Below are positions 26,734 to 36,417 of a stretch of DNA of 53,472 bases, one piece after another. Under the pieces are notes generated by a model. It worked only from the letters and a program-made list of their open reading frames with translations. It searched no databases and had not been told where the DNA came from. The translations under genes and the position numbers were made by a program. This stretch comes from a virus. Its lineage: Duplodnaviria > Caudoviricetes. The stretch's first letter is position 1; every line of letters starts with the position of its first letter. Where the stretch lies: positions 1 to 53,472 of IMG/VR virus record IMGVR_UViG_3300031519_004379. One strand, written 5' to 3'.

Positions 26734-27532
26734 CCTTTGGAGTCCACAATCCCCGCTTTACATGTTTATAACCAGTTTTTTTGTACCAATTATGATCTCT
26801 AATTGGACCAGCTTTACCACCTGAGTCAGTGAATAAAGTATTATCTTTGACAGTTACTTCTTCTAAAATTGCTTCATTTCCATTTTCGTCTACAAAAACC
26901 TGTTTTCCATTTTTATGAAATCTATTAGAAGGCTGTACTAAATTTCCTGTCATTCCTAATTCATTATAGCACATATCTAGTATTTTATCAAGGTAGTCTT
27001 CATTATGTTTAAACGCAATGACATGCGCAAAAGCATTTCCCCCAGCAGCAGTAAAACATTGAATATGAGATTTTAGCTTTTCAAAATCTACTTTGCGGCG
27101 ATAATTTGAATGCATTTCTTGATTAATACCTTCGACGTCAAATATAACTTGAAGTCTTTTGCTATCTAGTAATCCAACATTCCACCAAAACTCATCATCT
27201 CGCATACCGCCGTTTGTATTGATTTGAATATTTGCTGTCGAGTTATCTAATATGTATTTAAGTATTTTGTATATGTCTTTTGCCATAAATGGGTCGCCCC
27301 ACGTACCGCAAATTTCAAACCTACCAATTAGATGCATATCCCCAACACTAAATGTAGTTTGAAATTCTTCGAGTGTCCATTGAACTAATGGTAGCCAGTC
27401 AACTTTATCTAATCCGTTTGGATTTGTCCTATGACACTGTGGGCATCCTGCGTTACAATAAGTTGATAGGTCAACCCACACATTTAAGCATTTGCTTTCA
27501 TACAATTCTTTATATGGAACTATGCATTTCAT
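26717..27532 (-). CDS. Radical SAM protein
   Basis: STYCNAGCPQCHR, CGTWGDP, NTNGG, FKHNE. Confidence 0.85.
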   Translation of the reverse strand: MKCIVPYKELYESKCLNVWVDLSTYCNAGCPQCHRTNPNGLDKVDWLPLVQWTLEEFQTTFSVGDMHLIGRFEICGTWGDPFMAKDIYKILKYILDNSTANIQINTNGGMRDDEFWWNVGLLDSKRLQVIFDVEGINQEMHSNYRRKVDFEKLKSHIQCFTAAGGNAFAHVIAFKHNEDYLDKILDMCYNELGMTGNLVQPSNRFHKNGKQVFVDENGNEAILEEVTVKDNTLFTDSGGKAGPIRDHNWYKKTGYKHVKRGLWTPKDADAK

Positions 27533-28145
27533 AATTAAACAACTCTTTCGCTTCTGTATAATTCGTCGCAAGCTTTTTATAATTTAAATTATTTGGGCCT
27601 ACGGGGGTTTCATACGTCGTGTTAAAATATTTCTTTAGTTTATTTATAGTCAAGTCTTCATAAAGAAATGTGTGATGAACATCTAACCTTTTGATAAAGT
27701 TGAAGTCAGTTTTCCATTTATTACAAAAATGTTTTATCTCGTAAGTTCTTATATGAAAAGAATTTAATTCTATAAAATTAACATCTGGAAAACGATGCGA
27801 AGATTTCCAATTGCAAGCATCTTGATAAGAATTACTTAAAAAGGCATCCCACGGGTTTCGGTCAATTGTAAGAATTTTGTAACCTTCAAGATACTCGAAT
27901 AAATGTTCTTCGTATCCTTCAGAAATTATTTTATATGGAAAAATTTTAGTTGTAAAATGAATATCTTGCTTTTTGTAATATTGTAAAAATTGAAACCTTT
28001 CTTCAGTTGTCAATCCTTTTATCAATTCACTGTTTGTTTTATTTAAAAATATTTCGTGAAACCCAAACCTGTCGTGGTGGTTTAAAGCGTAATCATTAAG
28101 CAATGAGGAGCCAGTACGATGACTAGCTACAACCTGATATGTCAT
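27510..28145 (-). CDS. Sulfotransferase-like protein
   Basis: PAPS-binding SHRTGSSLL, RNPWDAFLS, YEDL. Confidence 0.65.
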   Translation of the reverse strand: MTYQVVASHRTGSSLLNDYALNHHDRFGFHEIFLNKTNSELIKGLTTEERFQFLQYYKKQDIHFTTKIFPYKIISEGYEEHLFEYLEGYKILTIDRNPWDAFLSNSYQDACNWKSSHRFPDVNFIELNSFHIRTYEIKHFCNKWKTDFNFIKRLDVHHTFLYEDLTINKLKKYFNTTYETPVGPNNLNYKKLATNYTEAKELFNYEMHSSI

Positions 28146-28751
28146 TTAGATAAGCGTGTCTATAATCGCCATAGCCTCTGTGATACGAGTTGCTTTTCGG
28201 ATAGTTGATTTAACTTTCTTGTCAGCAGCTTTGACTACATCTTGTTCTAATGCCCAAAGTTTAAACTTGAACAGTTCTTCTTTGTTTTGGTTGTTGTCCC
28301 TGATGTAATCATACAAAGCATGGTCAACTTTATTTGTTTTAGTTTTAACATCTTGGTCAAGACTTAAAAGCGTTTTCTCTTTAATTAAAAGCGTTCTCTC
28401 AGTCTTCTCTTTAGTTTTGTTCAACTCAGCATTATCTTTTTCGAGTTGCGCTTTTTGGTCCATCATATGCTTCATGCCCAGCATCTCTTCAGCTAAGGCT
28501 TGCGCTTGTGCATTAACCAAACTACCAAAGACTTTAGCGTGTTCTCTCTTGTATTTGGCCGTCTCTTCAATAAGCTTCAATTCGTCGTAACCTTCAGCAA
28601 CCAAATCTTTGTATTCTTGTGCTTCTGGATCAACTTGCATGATGTGCTTGAGTTTCATATCTTGATCTTCGTCTGTGTACACAATTTCAATTACTGAATA
28701 GTCTTCTGACATGTAATAAGCTGTGTTGATCTTCCCTGAAAAGTATGCCAT
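28146..28751 (-). CDS. Hypothetical coiled-coil protein
   Basis: GGAG RBS; LFKFKL..LEQ..VK...K..IRKA motif. Confidence 0.7.
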   Translation of the reverse strand: MAYFSGKINTAYYMSEDYSVIEIVYTDEDQDMKLKHIMQVDPEAQEYKDLVAEGYDELKLIEETAKYKREHAKVFGSLVNAQAQALAEEMLGMKHMMDQKAQLEKDNAELNKTKEKTERTLLIKEKTLLSLDQDVKTKTNKVDHALYDYIRDNNQNKEELFKFKLWALEQDVVKAADKKVKSTIRKATRITEAMAIIDTLI

Positions 28752-28762
28752 AATATTGCTCC

Positions 28763-29740
28763 TTAATATAATTCTAAGCGTAAGTTATATGTGTTTAGCG
28801 CTGCTGGCGTCCCGTTTGGAAACTCCTGTGTGCGATAATCAGATGTACTTACAAATCTTTGTGTATAACCAGATGCGGATGCGCCAGAAAGGTATGTATC
28901 TGCCATGCCTGTACCCATTGTACCACCACCCCCATTGAGGGAATAACGCAATCTCGACGCAACATCACCAGAAGTGATTGCGTGGTATCTCATATGAGGC
29001 AGTAGAAGAGCATCAAATTGTGCTGCTGTATATTGTCTAATAGTACCATCTGACGGTTCGTAATACATAGGTAGCGCTGTGGATGGGTAGCTTGGTGCAG
29101 ATGGTGTGTTCTTAAACAAATAGTAGTTTGTTACTGTGGTTGGTTGGTCCAGCGTCTCAGCTATGCCAGCCGACGTGTAGGCCGCTGCATTTGCTCTTGT
29201 GTCAATAAAAACTGGCGTAGGGCTAACAAGCGTTGCACCTGCCCTAGATGTTGCAGTATGGATGAAATAAGTGCCAGCTTGCCCCGCCGCCGATCCACCC
29301 GCCGCCATCTGTGTTAATGCTCCAAGAATGAAGTTATCAAAAAACGAAGTTGGGTCCATAGCCTGCAAGTTGTTAGTAATATCCATCGTCATCAACGGAT
29401 AAGTCAATTCATCAGTATTATCAGGCAACGTTACTGCCGTATTGTCAACTGTTTGTGTGATTGTAGCGTAGCCAGTTGATATGGTTGTGATGTCAGGCGT
29501 AGCGGCTGCTGTGGCAAACCCACCTTGGGCTGCTGTGGTAGATGTACTAGCACCAGCAGCTTTTCTAGTGTCAACCATGTTACCCAAAGAGCCACCCGAT
29601 CCAACTACAGACAGGGTAACATTGGTGTTTGTTGAATATAGATATGCAGCACGATTATAAATCGCTGTAAAATCTTCAGGGGCTATTTCAGCCAATCCCA
29701 CAGGGGAAAGGCCGTCAAGCGAAATTCCAAGTAGGGCCAT
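28763..29740 (-). CDS. Probable virion structural (tail/fibre-associated) protein
   Basis: Ala/Thr/Gly-rich 325 aa, DYRTQEFPNG motif, under a late promoter. Confidence 0.6.
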   Translation of the reverse strand: MALLGISLDGLSPVGLAEIAPEDFTAIYNRAAYLYSTNTNVTLSVVGSGGSLGNMVDTRKAAGASTSTTAAQGGFATAAATPDITTISTGYATITQTVDNTAVTLPDNTDELTYPLMTMDITNNLQAMDPTSFFDNFILGALTQMAAGGSAAGQAGTYFIHTATSRAGATLVSPTPVFIDTRANAAAYTSAGIAETLDQPTTVTNYYLFKNTPSAPSYPSTALPMYYEPSDGTIRQYTAAQFDALLLPHMRYHAITSGDVASRLRYSLNGGGGTMGTGMADTYLSGASASGYTQRFVSTSDYRTQEFPNGTPAALNTYNLRLELY

Positions 29741-29743
29741 TTT

Positions 29744-29935
29744 TTAGACCGCTATGCCACAGTGAAATTCTCTTACTTGAGTGCCAGCGGAATCGTAAAT
29801 TCTCAAGACGTTGTTTTGTGCAGCAATTGCTGCATTCACTGTTGCTTGCGTTGTACCATCCATCGTTGCGATAGCTTGTAGTTCTAGTGCGTTAGTGACA
29901 ACCGTAGTTGCTGCTACTTTAATGGCCATGTTCAT
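29744..29935 (-). CDS. Small probable structural protein
   Basis: MAIKV.. start, AGGAG RBS, first gene after late promoter. Confidence 0.6.
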   Translation of the reverse strand: MNMAIKVAATTVVTNALELQAIATMDGTTQATVNAAIAAQNNVLRIYDSAGTQVREFHCGIAV

Positions 29936-29965
29936 CTCCTTTGCTAATTTGACTAGGCATTGTTT

Positions 29966-29973
29966 TATTTATA
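29966..29973 (-). promoter_or_regulatory. T4-type late promoter
   Basis: TATAAATA on minus strand. Confidence 0.65.
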
Positions 29974-30039
29974 ATAAATAAGACTACTGTTTGATTTTTT
30001 TTTTATTATGGCACATTTTATTATAATAGGAGAAAAAAC

Positions 30040-30372
30040 ATGGTTAAGAAAACAATTGACGCTGATGCAATTGCAGGTATGGATACCAATGGCGATGGCC
30101 ATATTTCCAAGGCCGAAATGGAGATGGCGTTAGAATTCAAAAGAAAAGAAATGGAAGACCAAGACGCGCAAAGAGATGCAATGCGCAAAATGACTTGGTT
30201 CGCTCTAATGGGCATGTTACTATATCCATTTGCTATTGTATTAACATCATTCCTTGGGCTAGACTCAGCAGCAAACATCGTTGGCGATATCGCACCTACA
30301 TATTTTGTAGCTATTTCAGCTTTGGTGGCGGCATTCTTTGGTGCAGACGCCTTGAAGAAAAGAGCAACTTAA
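30040..30372 (+). CDS. EF-hand-containing small membrane protein
   Basis: DTNGDGHISKAE canonical EF loop; two C-terminal TM helices; AGGAG RBS. Confidence 0.7.
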   Translation: MVKKTIDADAIAGMDTNGDGHISKAEMEMALEFKRKEMEDQDAQRDAMRKMTWFALMGMLLYPFAIVLTSFLGLDSAANIVGDIAPTYFVAISALVAAFFGADALKKRAT

Positions 30373-30374
30373 AT

Positions 30375-30412
30375 AAAAAATAGGGAGATGAAATTAATCA
30401 ACTCCCTATTTT
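30375..30412. terminator. Probable bidirectional terminator
   Basis: aaaatagggag...ctccctatttt inverted repeat. Confidence 0.7.
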
Positions 30413-30546
30413 CAACCCCGAAAGGTTCTCTCTTGCTAGGCCACGTTGGCAATCCGAGTCTTACTCAGCGATTAGTAGGACCCATTATTGGGCCGTGGTT
30501 TCCTATTCTATCTACTATTACATCATAGCAAACGATTCTTATGTTG

Positions 30547-30840
30547 TCAACGGTAAACTCGACTCATTTTTAAGTTCCACTTCTCAAGTACAGGCAAGCC
30601 AAACTCATCTTCGTCTACAGCCACATAAGCGACAGTTTTCTTGACTATCCCATAACGATAATTATTCATGCCCACGGCATTGTGAGAGACCCAAATCAAA
30701 TGAGGAAATTCCCATTCATCAGTCATTTCTTCTTTGTTTGCACTGTATTCAAAAAGGTGGTCAGAGTCTTTCTCGTAAAAACATCCAAGTATGGAACTGT
30801 CACCGTAAGTGAAGCCAACTGAGTCTGGTGCAAAAGCCAT
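30547..30840 (-). CDS. Hypothetical phage protein
   Basis: 97 aa; RYGIVKKTVAYVAVDE...EKW. Confidence 0.65.
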   Translation of the reverse strand: MAFAPDSVGFTYGDSSILGCFYEKDSDHLFEYSANKEEMTDEWEFPHLIWVSHNAVGMNNYRYGIVKKTVAYVAVDEDEFGLPVLEKWNLKMSRVYR

Positions 30841-30919
30841 GGCGAACCCTTTCGAGGTTTAATGTATGTTACACTCTATTAATAGAATCAAAAAAGGGGG
30901 CTGTCAACCCCCTAATTTA

Positions 30920-31309
30920 TTAAGCAGACATTAAAAGATCATATTGGGCAACTGGCGGAACTGTTCCAATTTCGTCAAAGCCAACAGAACCACACACCCA
31001 AACGATGCCGTTGCCATCAACAATGATGTCGCCTACTGAAAGTGAAGACTTACGACCCAACCGTTCGATTGCTGACTCAGGGCCAATGTTGCTGATCTCA
31101 AAAACATGCTCAAGATCGTTGGCAGTGATGTTTGCTACATGAGAGTAGTAGCCTTGCGCTAGGGCATCAGCGGCAATTTCAGAAGCGTTCGAACCGTCAA
31201 AGTCCATCATCAGTTTCATTTTGGCGCTGTAAGCTGGCACAGTTTCATCATTGTTAACTGCATCAATTTGGGCGTCTGTCAGTTGAATTTGGTAAATGTT
31301 GTAGATCAT
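30920..31309 (-). CDS. YodL-like domain protein
   Basis: IYQIQ, LEHVFEISN, SSLSVGDII, VGF. Confidence 0.6.
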   Translation of the reverse strand: MIYNIYQIQLTDAQIDAVNNDETVPAYSAKMKLMMDFDGSNASEIAADALAQGYYSHVANITANDLEHVFEISNIGPESAIERLGRKSSLSVGDIIVDGNGIVWVCGSVGFDEIGTVPPVAQYDLLMSA

Positions 31310-31405
31310 TTCGTTTCGCTTTCTTATCTAATTCTCTTTACTCTTACTGTATAGAGAATCATTAAAGCATAGTCAACAACAAAATGATCTTAAAACAAAA
31401 ATAAT

Positions 31406-31660
31406 TTATTCATCCTGATATGCAGGTGGATACTCCGTAACAACATCAGTAGCGTTAACTAGGCAGGTAATATTTAAAGAGAACCCGTTCGCTCCCAAGT
31501 CATGTACGTAAATATGACCTGCATCACCATCGGTGTCCACGGCATAATACACACCTTCATTAGATGCATTAATATGCACCCATTCAGCAGATACTAGAAC
31601 AGTATCTGAATCTTGTTCTACGATCATTTGCTGTAGTTCTTCTAACGTAAAATTATCCAT
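31406..31660 (-). CDS. Hypothetical protein
   Basis: 84 aa, TAATG-coupled to the nuclease. Confidence 0.55.
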   Translation of the reverse strand: MDNFTLEELQQMIVEQDSDTVLVSAEWVHINASNEGVYYAVDTDGDAGHIYVHDLGANGFSLNITCLVNATDVVTEYPPAYQDE

Positions 31661-32130
31661 TAATCCTTACCTTCCATTAATTTAACAGCTTCTTCATACG
31701 CTTCTTTAGAAACCACGCCTTCAGCCAATAGCTTTGCTCTGTTTACCATGTGTGCTGCTTGGGTGTCTTCTTTCGAACCACCAAAGTACGGTACACAATG
31801 ACCTTCTTCTGACATAATTTCTGTAATCGGTCTGCCATCTTCAGAAATGAAGTCACCTAGAATACGGCCAAATTTGCCCTTCATATCTTCGCCGTCTTTG
31901 GCAATCTGAGTTTTCAAGATGCAAGTTTCACCAAGCAGTTCCTGTAGCCTGTTTTTTGCCGCCTTGCCAAATACTTTCTCAACTTTGTCACTAGTACGAG
32001 ACTCTGGTGTGTCGATACCCATGATACGAACCCGCTCATCAGCCAACACAACCCCAAACCCTAGTTCGATGTCGCAATCAACAGTATCGCCGTCTACTAC
32101 TCTATTAATCTTTGCTCTGTATTCATACAT
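31660..32130 (-). CDS. Thermonuclease (SNase-like)
   Basis: RVVDGDTVD, RIMGIDTPE, GKFGRILG. Confidence 0.85.
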   Translation of the reverse strand: MYEYRAKINRVVDGDTVDCDIELGFGVVLADERVRIMGIDTPESRTSDKVEKVFGKAAKNRLQELLGETCILKTQIAKDGEDMKGKFGRILGDFISEDGRPITEIMSEEGHCVPYFGGSKEDTQAAHMVNRAKLLAEGVVSKEAYEEAVKLMEGKD

Positions 32131-32173
32131 GTCACAGTATCCTTTTTTATTTTCTGCGTTCAGAGTTATTTAT

Positions 32174-32181
32174 TATAAATA
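32174..32181 (+). promoter_or_regulatory. T4-type late promoter for the curli operon
   Basis: TATAAATA followed by AAGGAG and ATG 32199. Confidence 0.7.
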
Positions 32182-32198
32182 GCAAGAAGGAGTTATCT

Positions 32199-32477
32199 AT
32201 GGACTTTTTATCATTAGTCGGTGAAGTGGGCTTTCCCATCGCAGGTGCGCTTGCGGCGGGTCTTTTCGTGTTCATAACACTAAAGTTTATTCTTGCTAGT
32301 GTGACAGATTCCGTTAATTCCTTGAAGAATATTATGAAGGGTTTGGACAATAGAGTTCAGACTATGAATAATGACTTAGTGAAAATTGATGCCCTACTTA
32401 GTTATGTACTGAACGTCAAGCCTAATATCGACAGAATTGCAGCTAACGAAGGCAAGGATGATGCAAGGAGAGATTGA
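32199..32477 (+). CDS. Small membrane/coiled-coil protein (GFPI motif)
   Basis: VGFPIAG TM helix; DNRVQTMNND; paralog of 32953. Confidence 0.7.
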   Translation: MDFLSLVGEVGFPIAGALAAGLFVFITLKFILASVTDSVNSLKNIMKGLDNRVQTMNNDLVKIDALLSYVLNVKPNIDRIAANEGKDDARRD

Positions 32478-32728
32478 ATATGTGGAAAGATTTAATATTA
32501 GTTAAATTTGAGAACGGGTTTCGCATTCTTAATAACAAAGACTCAGAAGATAAGTTCTTTGTGATTGATGAAGTAGAGCTTAAGGTTGGTGATGAATTTA
32601 GAATAGGGCCTAACGGATATTTTGAACATATTGGTAATGTGAATAAAACAATCGAAGAAATAGTTGATAGATCAGAACTAGTAGCTGATAGATCATATGC
32701 TTCTATACTGTATGGTGATGACAAATGA
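32474..32728 (+). CDS. Hypothetical protein
   Basis: Coupled ORF; KVGDEFRIGPNGYF resembles the next gene. Confidence 0.55.
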   Translation: MNMWKDLILVKFENGFRILNNKDSEDKFFVIDEVELKVGDEFRIGPNGYFEHIGNVNKTIEEIVDRSELVADRSYASILYGDDK

Positions 32729-32949
32729 TATGGATGGATTACACTATAAACCAAGCTGGCGAAAACTTTACTGTATCAGGTGACTGGAAAGGTGAAGTGA
32801 TGGGCTGGCCAAAGAATGAAGACGGCACACACGCAAAAGAAAGTGTGCTTTATAGGCCGGGAGATGTTTTTCGTGTAAACGAAGATGGTTGGTTTATGAA
32901 GATTGATGGCGAAGATTGGCCGAAAGAAGAAGATGACAACAAGGACTAA
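32725..32949 (+). CDS. Hypothetical protein
   Basis: ATGA-coupled; RPGDVFRVNEDGWF. Confidence 0.55.
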   Translation: MIWMDYTINQAGENFTVSGDWKGEVMGWPKNEDGTHAKESVLYRPGDVFRVNEDGWFMKIDGEDWPKEEDDNKD

Positions 32950-32952
32950 AAA

Positions 32953-33321
32953 ATGGATTTTGATCTAGCCCAAGCAATTAGTGACTATGGTTTTCCAATC
33001 ATAGCAGCTTGTGGTATGGGCTATTTCATTTACTTTATATGGCAGTGGGTTACTGAGACTATCGACCCAGTTATAGGTGAGGCCATGTTCACGTTAATCA
33101 AACTGGTTGATCGTGTACGAATGCTTGATAATGACATGATAAGATTAAACACAAAACTCTCTATGGTTTTAGAATACAGAGCTAAGTTAAATCCCCAACG
33201 TGAGGATGAATTACATAGGTTGGTAGCTGAATACAAAGGGCAGAGTTCTGGGTTTAATTCAACAGGACAGGCAGATAATGAAACAGATAATTCTCATAGC
33301 AATAGCGATAGCGCTAACTAG
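32953..33321 (+). CDS. Small membrane/coiled-coil protein (GFPI motif)
   Basis: YGFPIIA TM; DRVRMLDND. Confidence 0.7.
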   Translation: MDFDLAQAISDYGFPIIAACGMGYFIYFIWQWVTETIDPVIGEAMFTLIKLVDRVRMLDNDMIRLNTKLSMVLEYRAKLNPQREDELHRLVAEYKGQSSGFNSTGQADNETDNSHSNSDSAN

Positions 33322-33751
33322 CCCAACTAATGCAAGTGAATTGCAGTGGGGCTTCAAGAACCCATCCTTCAGTGGACAAGGGTGGTCTACTCATGTGCTT
33401 AGTGTAGAGCAGCTTGGGTTTAACAGAAGAAAAGAAATACAAGATGAAATTGATGCAGAAGCAGACCGTATAGAACGTGAGCTAGAAAACTCAACACTCA
33501 ACAAGTTTATGAGAAACGTCGAGTCAAGAATATACGCCACAATTTCAAAACAATTAGTTGACTCGATGTTTGCGGATTGTACAGACTCTACTGGTGTTAC
33601 TTGCTCTACAAGTGGAACAGCCGAAATAGAAGGCTCTGAAATAGCTTGGTCTAAGGATACAGTAACAGGACAAATAACGCTAACCATAACAGCAGATGAT
33701 GGCTCTACCACTACTATTACCATTCCCGGACTTGGGGAGTTTAACTTCTGA
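33278..33751 (+). CDS. csgF: Curli assembly protein CsgF-like
   Basis: Signal peptide; SELQWGFKNPSFSG; immediately before csgG. Confidence 0.85.
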   Translation: MKQIILIAIAIALTSPTNASELQWGFKNPSFSGQGWSTHVLSVEQLGFNRRKEIQDEIDAEADRIERELENSTLNKFMRNVESRIYATISKQLVDSMFADCTDSTGVTCSTSGTAEIEGSEIAWSKDTVTGQITLTITADDGSTTTITIPGLGEFNF

Positions 33752-34572
33752 TGAAAATTATTTTGGCACTTGGCATGATTGTTGCATTAAGCGGTTGTGC
33801 CACACAAAGAAGCTTGGAGACTTTATCTGAGGTCAACACTTCGCCAATAAACCAGCCTAGCCCTATTGAGGACAGGCTTCTAAACGTACCACCACTTGAT
33901 GGCGATATTATTCCTATTGCGCTATATGAATTTCAGGACTTCACTGGGCAAAGAAAACCGGGGGATGGGGTTGCTAATTTATCTAGTGCAGTAACTCAGG
34001 GATCAGCAGCATGGGTGATACAAGCATTGCAAGATGTTGGTGATGAAGGTTGGTTTCAGGTAATCGAACGTGTTGGTATGGACAATCTTATCAAAGAGCG
34101 TCAGTTGATTAGAAATACGCGAGAGTTATACGAAAAAGATACAGAGGGTGGCCCACAACCACTTCAGCCATTGATATTCGCAGGGCTGATACTGGAAGGT
34201 GGAATTGTTGGTTATGACAGCAACACAGCCGTAGGTGGTGCTGGTGCTAGGTTTATGGGGCTTGGTATTTCTACGGAGTATAGAATAGACACCGTAACAG
34301 TGGTCATGCGTTTAGTAAGTGTGGCTTCAGGTAAAGTGTTGATTAGTATCGCTACAGAAAAGACTGTGGCTAGTTATCGTTCTGGTGCAGATGTATTTAA
34401 ATTCTTGGACTTAGGCACGAACGCGATTGAAATAGAGAATGGGTATTCTGTGAACGAACCAGTCAACTATGCAGTAAGGGCTGCTATTGAGCAAGGTGTC
34501 ATAGAATTAGTTTATGAGGGTGTAGAGAAAGAACTGTGGAATTTCAAAGAGGAAGAAGAAACAAATGATTAA
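33751..34572 (+). CDS. csgG: Curli secretion channel CsgG lipoprotein
   Basis: Lipobox LSGC; YEFQDFTGQRKP, SSAVTQG, WFQVIER, KERQLIR, EGGIVGYDSN, GGAGAR, NEP. Confidence 0.95.
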   Translation: MKIILALGMIVALSGCATQRSLETLSEVNTSPINQPSPIEDRLLNVPPLDGDIIPIALYEFQDFTGQRKPGDGVANLSSAVTQGSAAWVIQALQDVGDEGWFQVIERVGMDNLIKERQLIRNTRELYEKDTEGGPQPLQPLIFAGLILEGGIVGYDSNTAVGGAGARFMGLGISTEYRIDTVTVVMRLVSVASGKVLISIATEKTVASYRSGADVFKFLDLGTNAIEIENGYSVNEPVNYAVRAAIEQGVIELVYEGVEKELWNFKEEEETND

Positions 34573-35284
34573 TAAGAAACTCATATATGTGGTTTCGTCT
34601 ATTTTAATTATGACATCAAGCGCTTGGGCGAACGACATCTACATAACGCAGACAGGCGACAATCTTGACTTGGACATTGTTCAGGACGGTCAAGACAACC
34701 AATTTGGTAACTCCACTACTGGTGTAACTTTAGAAGGTGATAGTATGACTTTTTCTGTCACTCAAACAGGTAACTTCAATACGATAGCTGCAACTATAAA
34801 GGGTAACAACTACACTGGTATGTGGACATTCACAGGAGATACCAACACAGTAGACCTACTATGTGACAGCACGGCAGGCTTGAATTGTGAAGACGCAACT
34901 CTCAACATCACCACAACAGGCGATGATAACAACTTTAAATTCTATGTTGGTGAAGTAGCCGATTCAGATACACTGGTTGCAAACTATACCATAACTGGCG
35001 ACAATTCTGATTTTCAAACTGACATTGACGGTATCAACGCAACAGTCACGTTGGCAGCAGACAACTCAAGCAGTTTAAGTGCTGCAAGTGTTAATGGTGA
35101 CGAAGGTAACTATGTTGATATTGACGTTGTTGGTAATGGTGACATCAATGGCAACTTGATTGATCTAACTATTATTGGTGGTGGTTCAGTTTACAACATA
35201 AGCCAATCAGGAATTTATGACAACTCAATTTCAGCAACATTCACAGGTGACGGACAAAATGTCGATATTACGCAGAGCGATTAA
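34565..35284 (+). CDS. Curlin-repeat secreted protein
   Basis: Signal peptide; repeated (I/V)xQxGxxN units. Confidence 0.7.
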   Translation: MINKKLIYVVSSILIMTSSAWANDIYITQTGDNLDLDIVQDGQDNQFGNSTTGVTLEGDSMTFSVTQTGNFNTIAATIKGNNYTGMWTFTGDTNTVDLLCDSTAGLNCEDATLNITTTGDDNNFKFYVGEVADSDTLVANYTITGDNSDFQTDIDGINATVTLAADNSSSLSAASVNGDEGNYVDIDVVGNGDINGNLIDLTIIGGGSVYNISQSGIYDNSISATFTGDGQNVDITQSD

Positions 35285-36417
35285 TGCAATCGCATTATAT
35301 CATAAAGATTGCCATGTTGATTTGTGCAATCACGATACCTACATCCACTTATGGAGATGCAGGTAAAATACAAGACTTCAATGGCAGTGGTGCTATTGAA
35401 AGAGGAAATGAAGTAATTGATGGGGGCATGGGTGTTGGCGTTGAGTCAATGGATACTGCAATCACCGAAATGGGCAGTATGCGTATCGAATTTATCGATG
35501 ATACGTTAGTAGACCTCAAGGCACACACCCGTCTCCTGATAGATGATTTTGTTTATGATCCAAATGCACGTACTGGCGCATTAAGTATCAGAGCCACTAT
35601 AGGCACGGTAAGATATGCCTCAGGGCAGATAGCACATAATAGCAGACGAAATGTAAACATCTCAACACCAGCAGCAACTATTGGTGTTCGTGGTACAGAC
35701 TTCATAATGGTCGTTGATGAAGCTGGTGGCACTATGGTAACATTGTTGCCAAGTTGTGATGTTGGCGGTAGTTGCGTTGTTGGTGAAATATCAGTGGAGA
35801 CGGATGTGGGGTTTGTTATTATGAACCAAGCATTCCAAGCTACCATGGTCAGAAGCTCATTTAGTAGGCCTCTGCCACCTAGAATACTCGACCTAAGTGA
35901 ACGTGACATCACGAACCTTCTGATATTAAGAGAACGTACACCATATGATGAAGCGCCACCAATGGAAGGCGAAACAATTGGGAAAGCAGATGTACTTGAT
36001 ATTGATTTCTTGGATTTTGATGCACTAGATTCTGATGCGCTTGTGGATAGTATCGAAGATATTTGGAACACTGATTTAAAACCCGCAGACTACTACTTTG
36101 AAGAACTGCTGAGTGACATATTGGATCAATTGAGTTTGGCTTTAGCAGAACGCTTAAAATCAGAATTAGATAAACAGAACGTAGAATTTTTCAATGTAAG
36201 GCTGTATGGCTACGACCCAACAACACGCATTACATTGGAGATGGAAGAGCCTAACTATTATTTCAATAGAACAGATGAATCGCTAGAGCATACGGTAGAT
36301 TTGTATCTAAATAATAATTACGGTTACACTATAAATTTGGAGCAACAGAACGGTGCAATATACGATTTCCGTCTTGGTGTTGGCAATAACAATATTGACA
36401 TTCGCCAATACCAGTAA
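35284..36417 (+). CDS. FecR-domain secreted protein
   Basis: Signal peptide; IEFIDDT, LIDDFVYDP, TPAATIGVRGTDF. Confidence 0.8.
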   Translation: MQSHYIIKIAMLICAITIPTSTYGDAGKIQDFNGSGAIERGNEVIDGGMGVGVESMDTAITEMGSMRIEFIDDTLVDLKAHTRLLIDDFVYDPNARTGALSIRATIGTVRYASGQIAHNSRRNVNISTPAATIGVRGTDFIMVVDEAGGTMVTLLPSCDVGGSCVVGEISVETDVGFVIMNQAFQATMVRSSFSRPLPPRILDLSERDITNLLILRERTPYDEAPPMEGETIGKADVLDIDFLDFDALDSDALVDSIEDIWNTDLKPADYYFEELLSDILDQLSLALAERLKSELDKQNVEFFNVRLYGYDPTTRITLEMEEPNYYFNRTDESLEHTVDLYLNNNYGYTINLEQQNGAIYDFRLGVGNNNIDIRQYQ

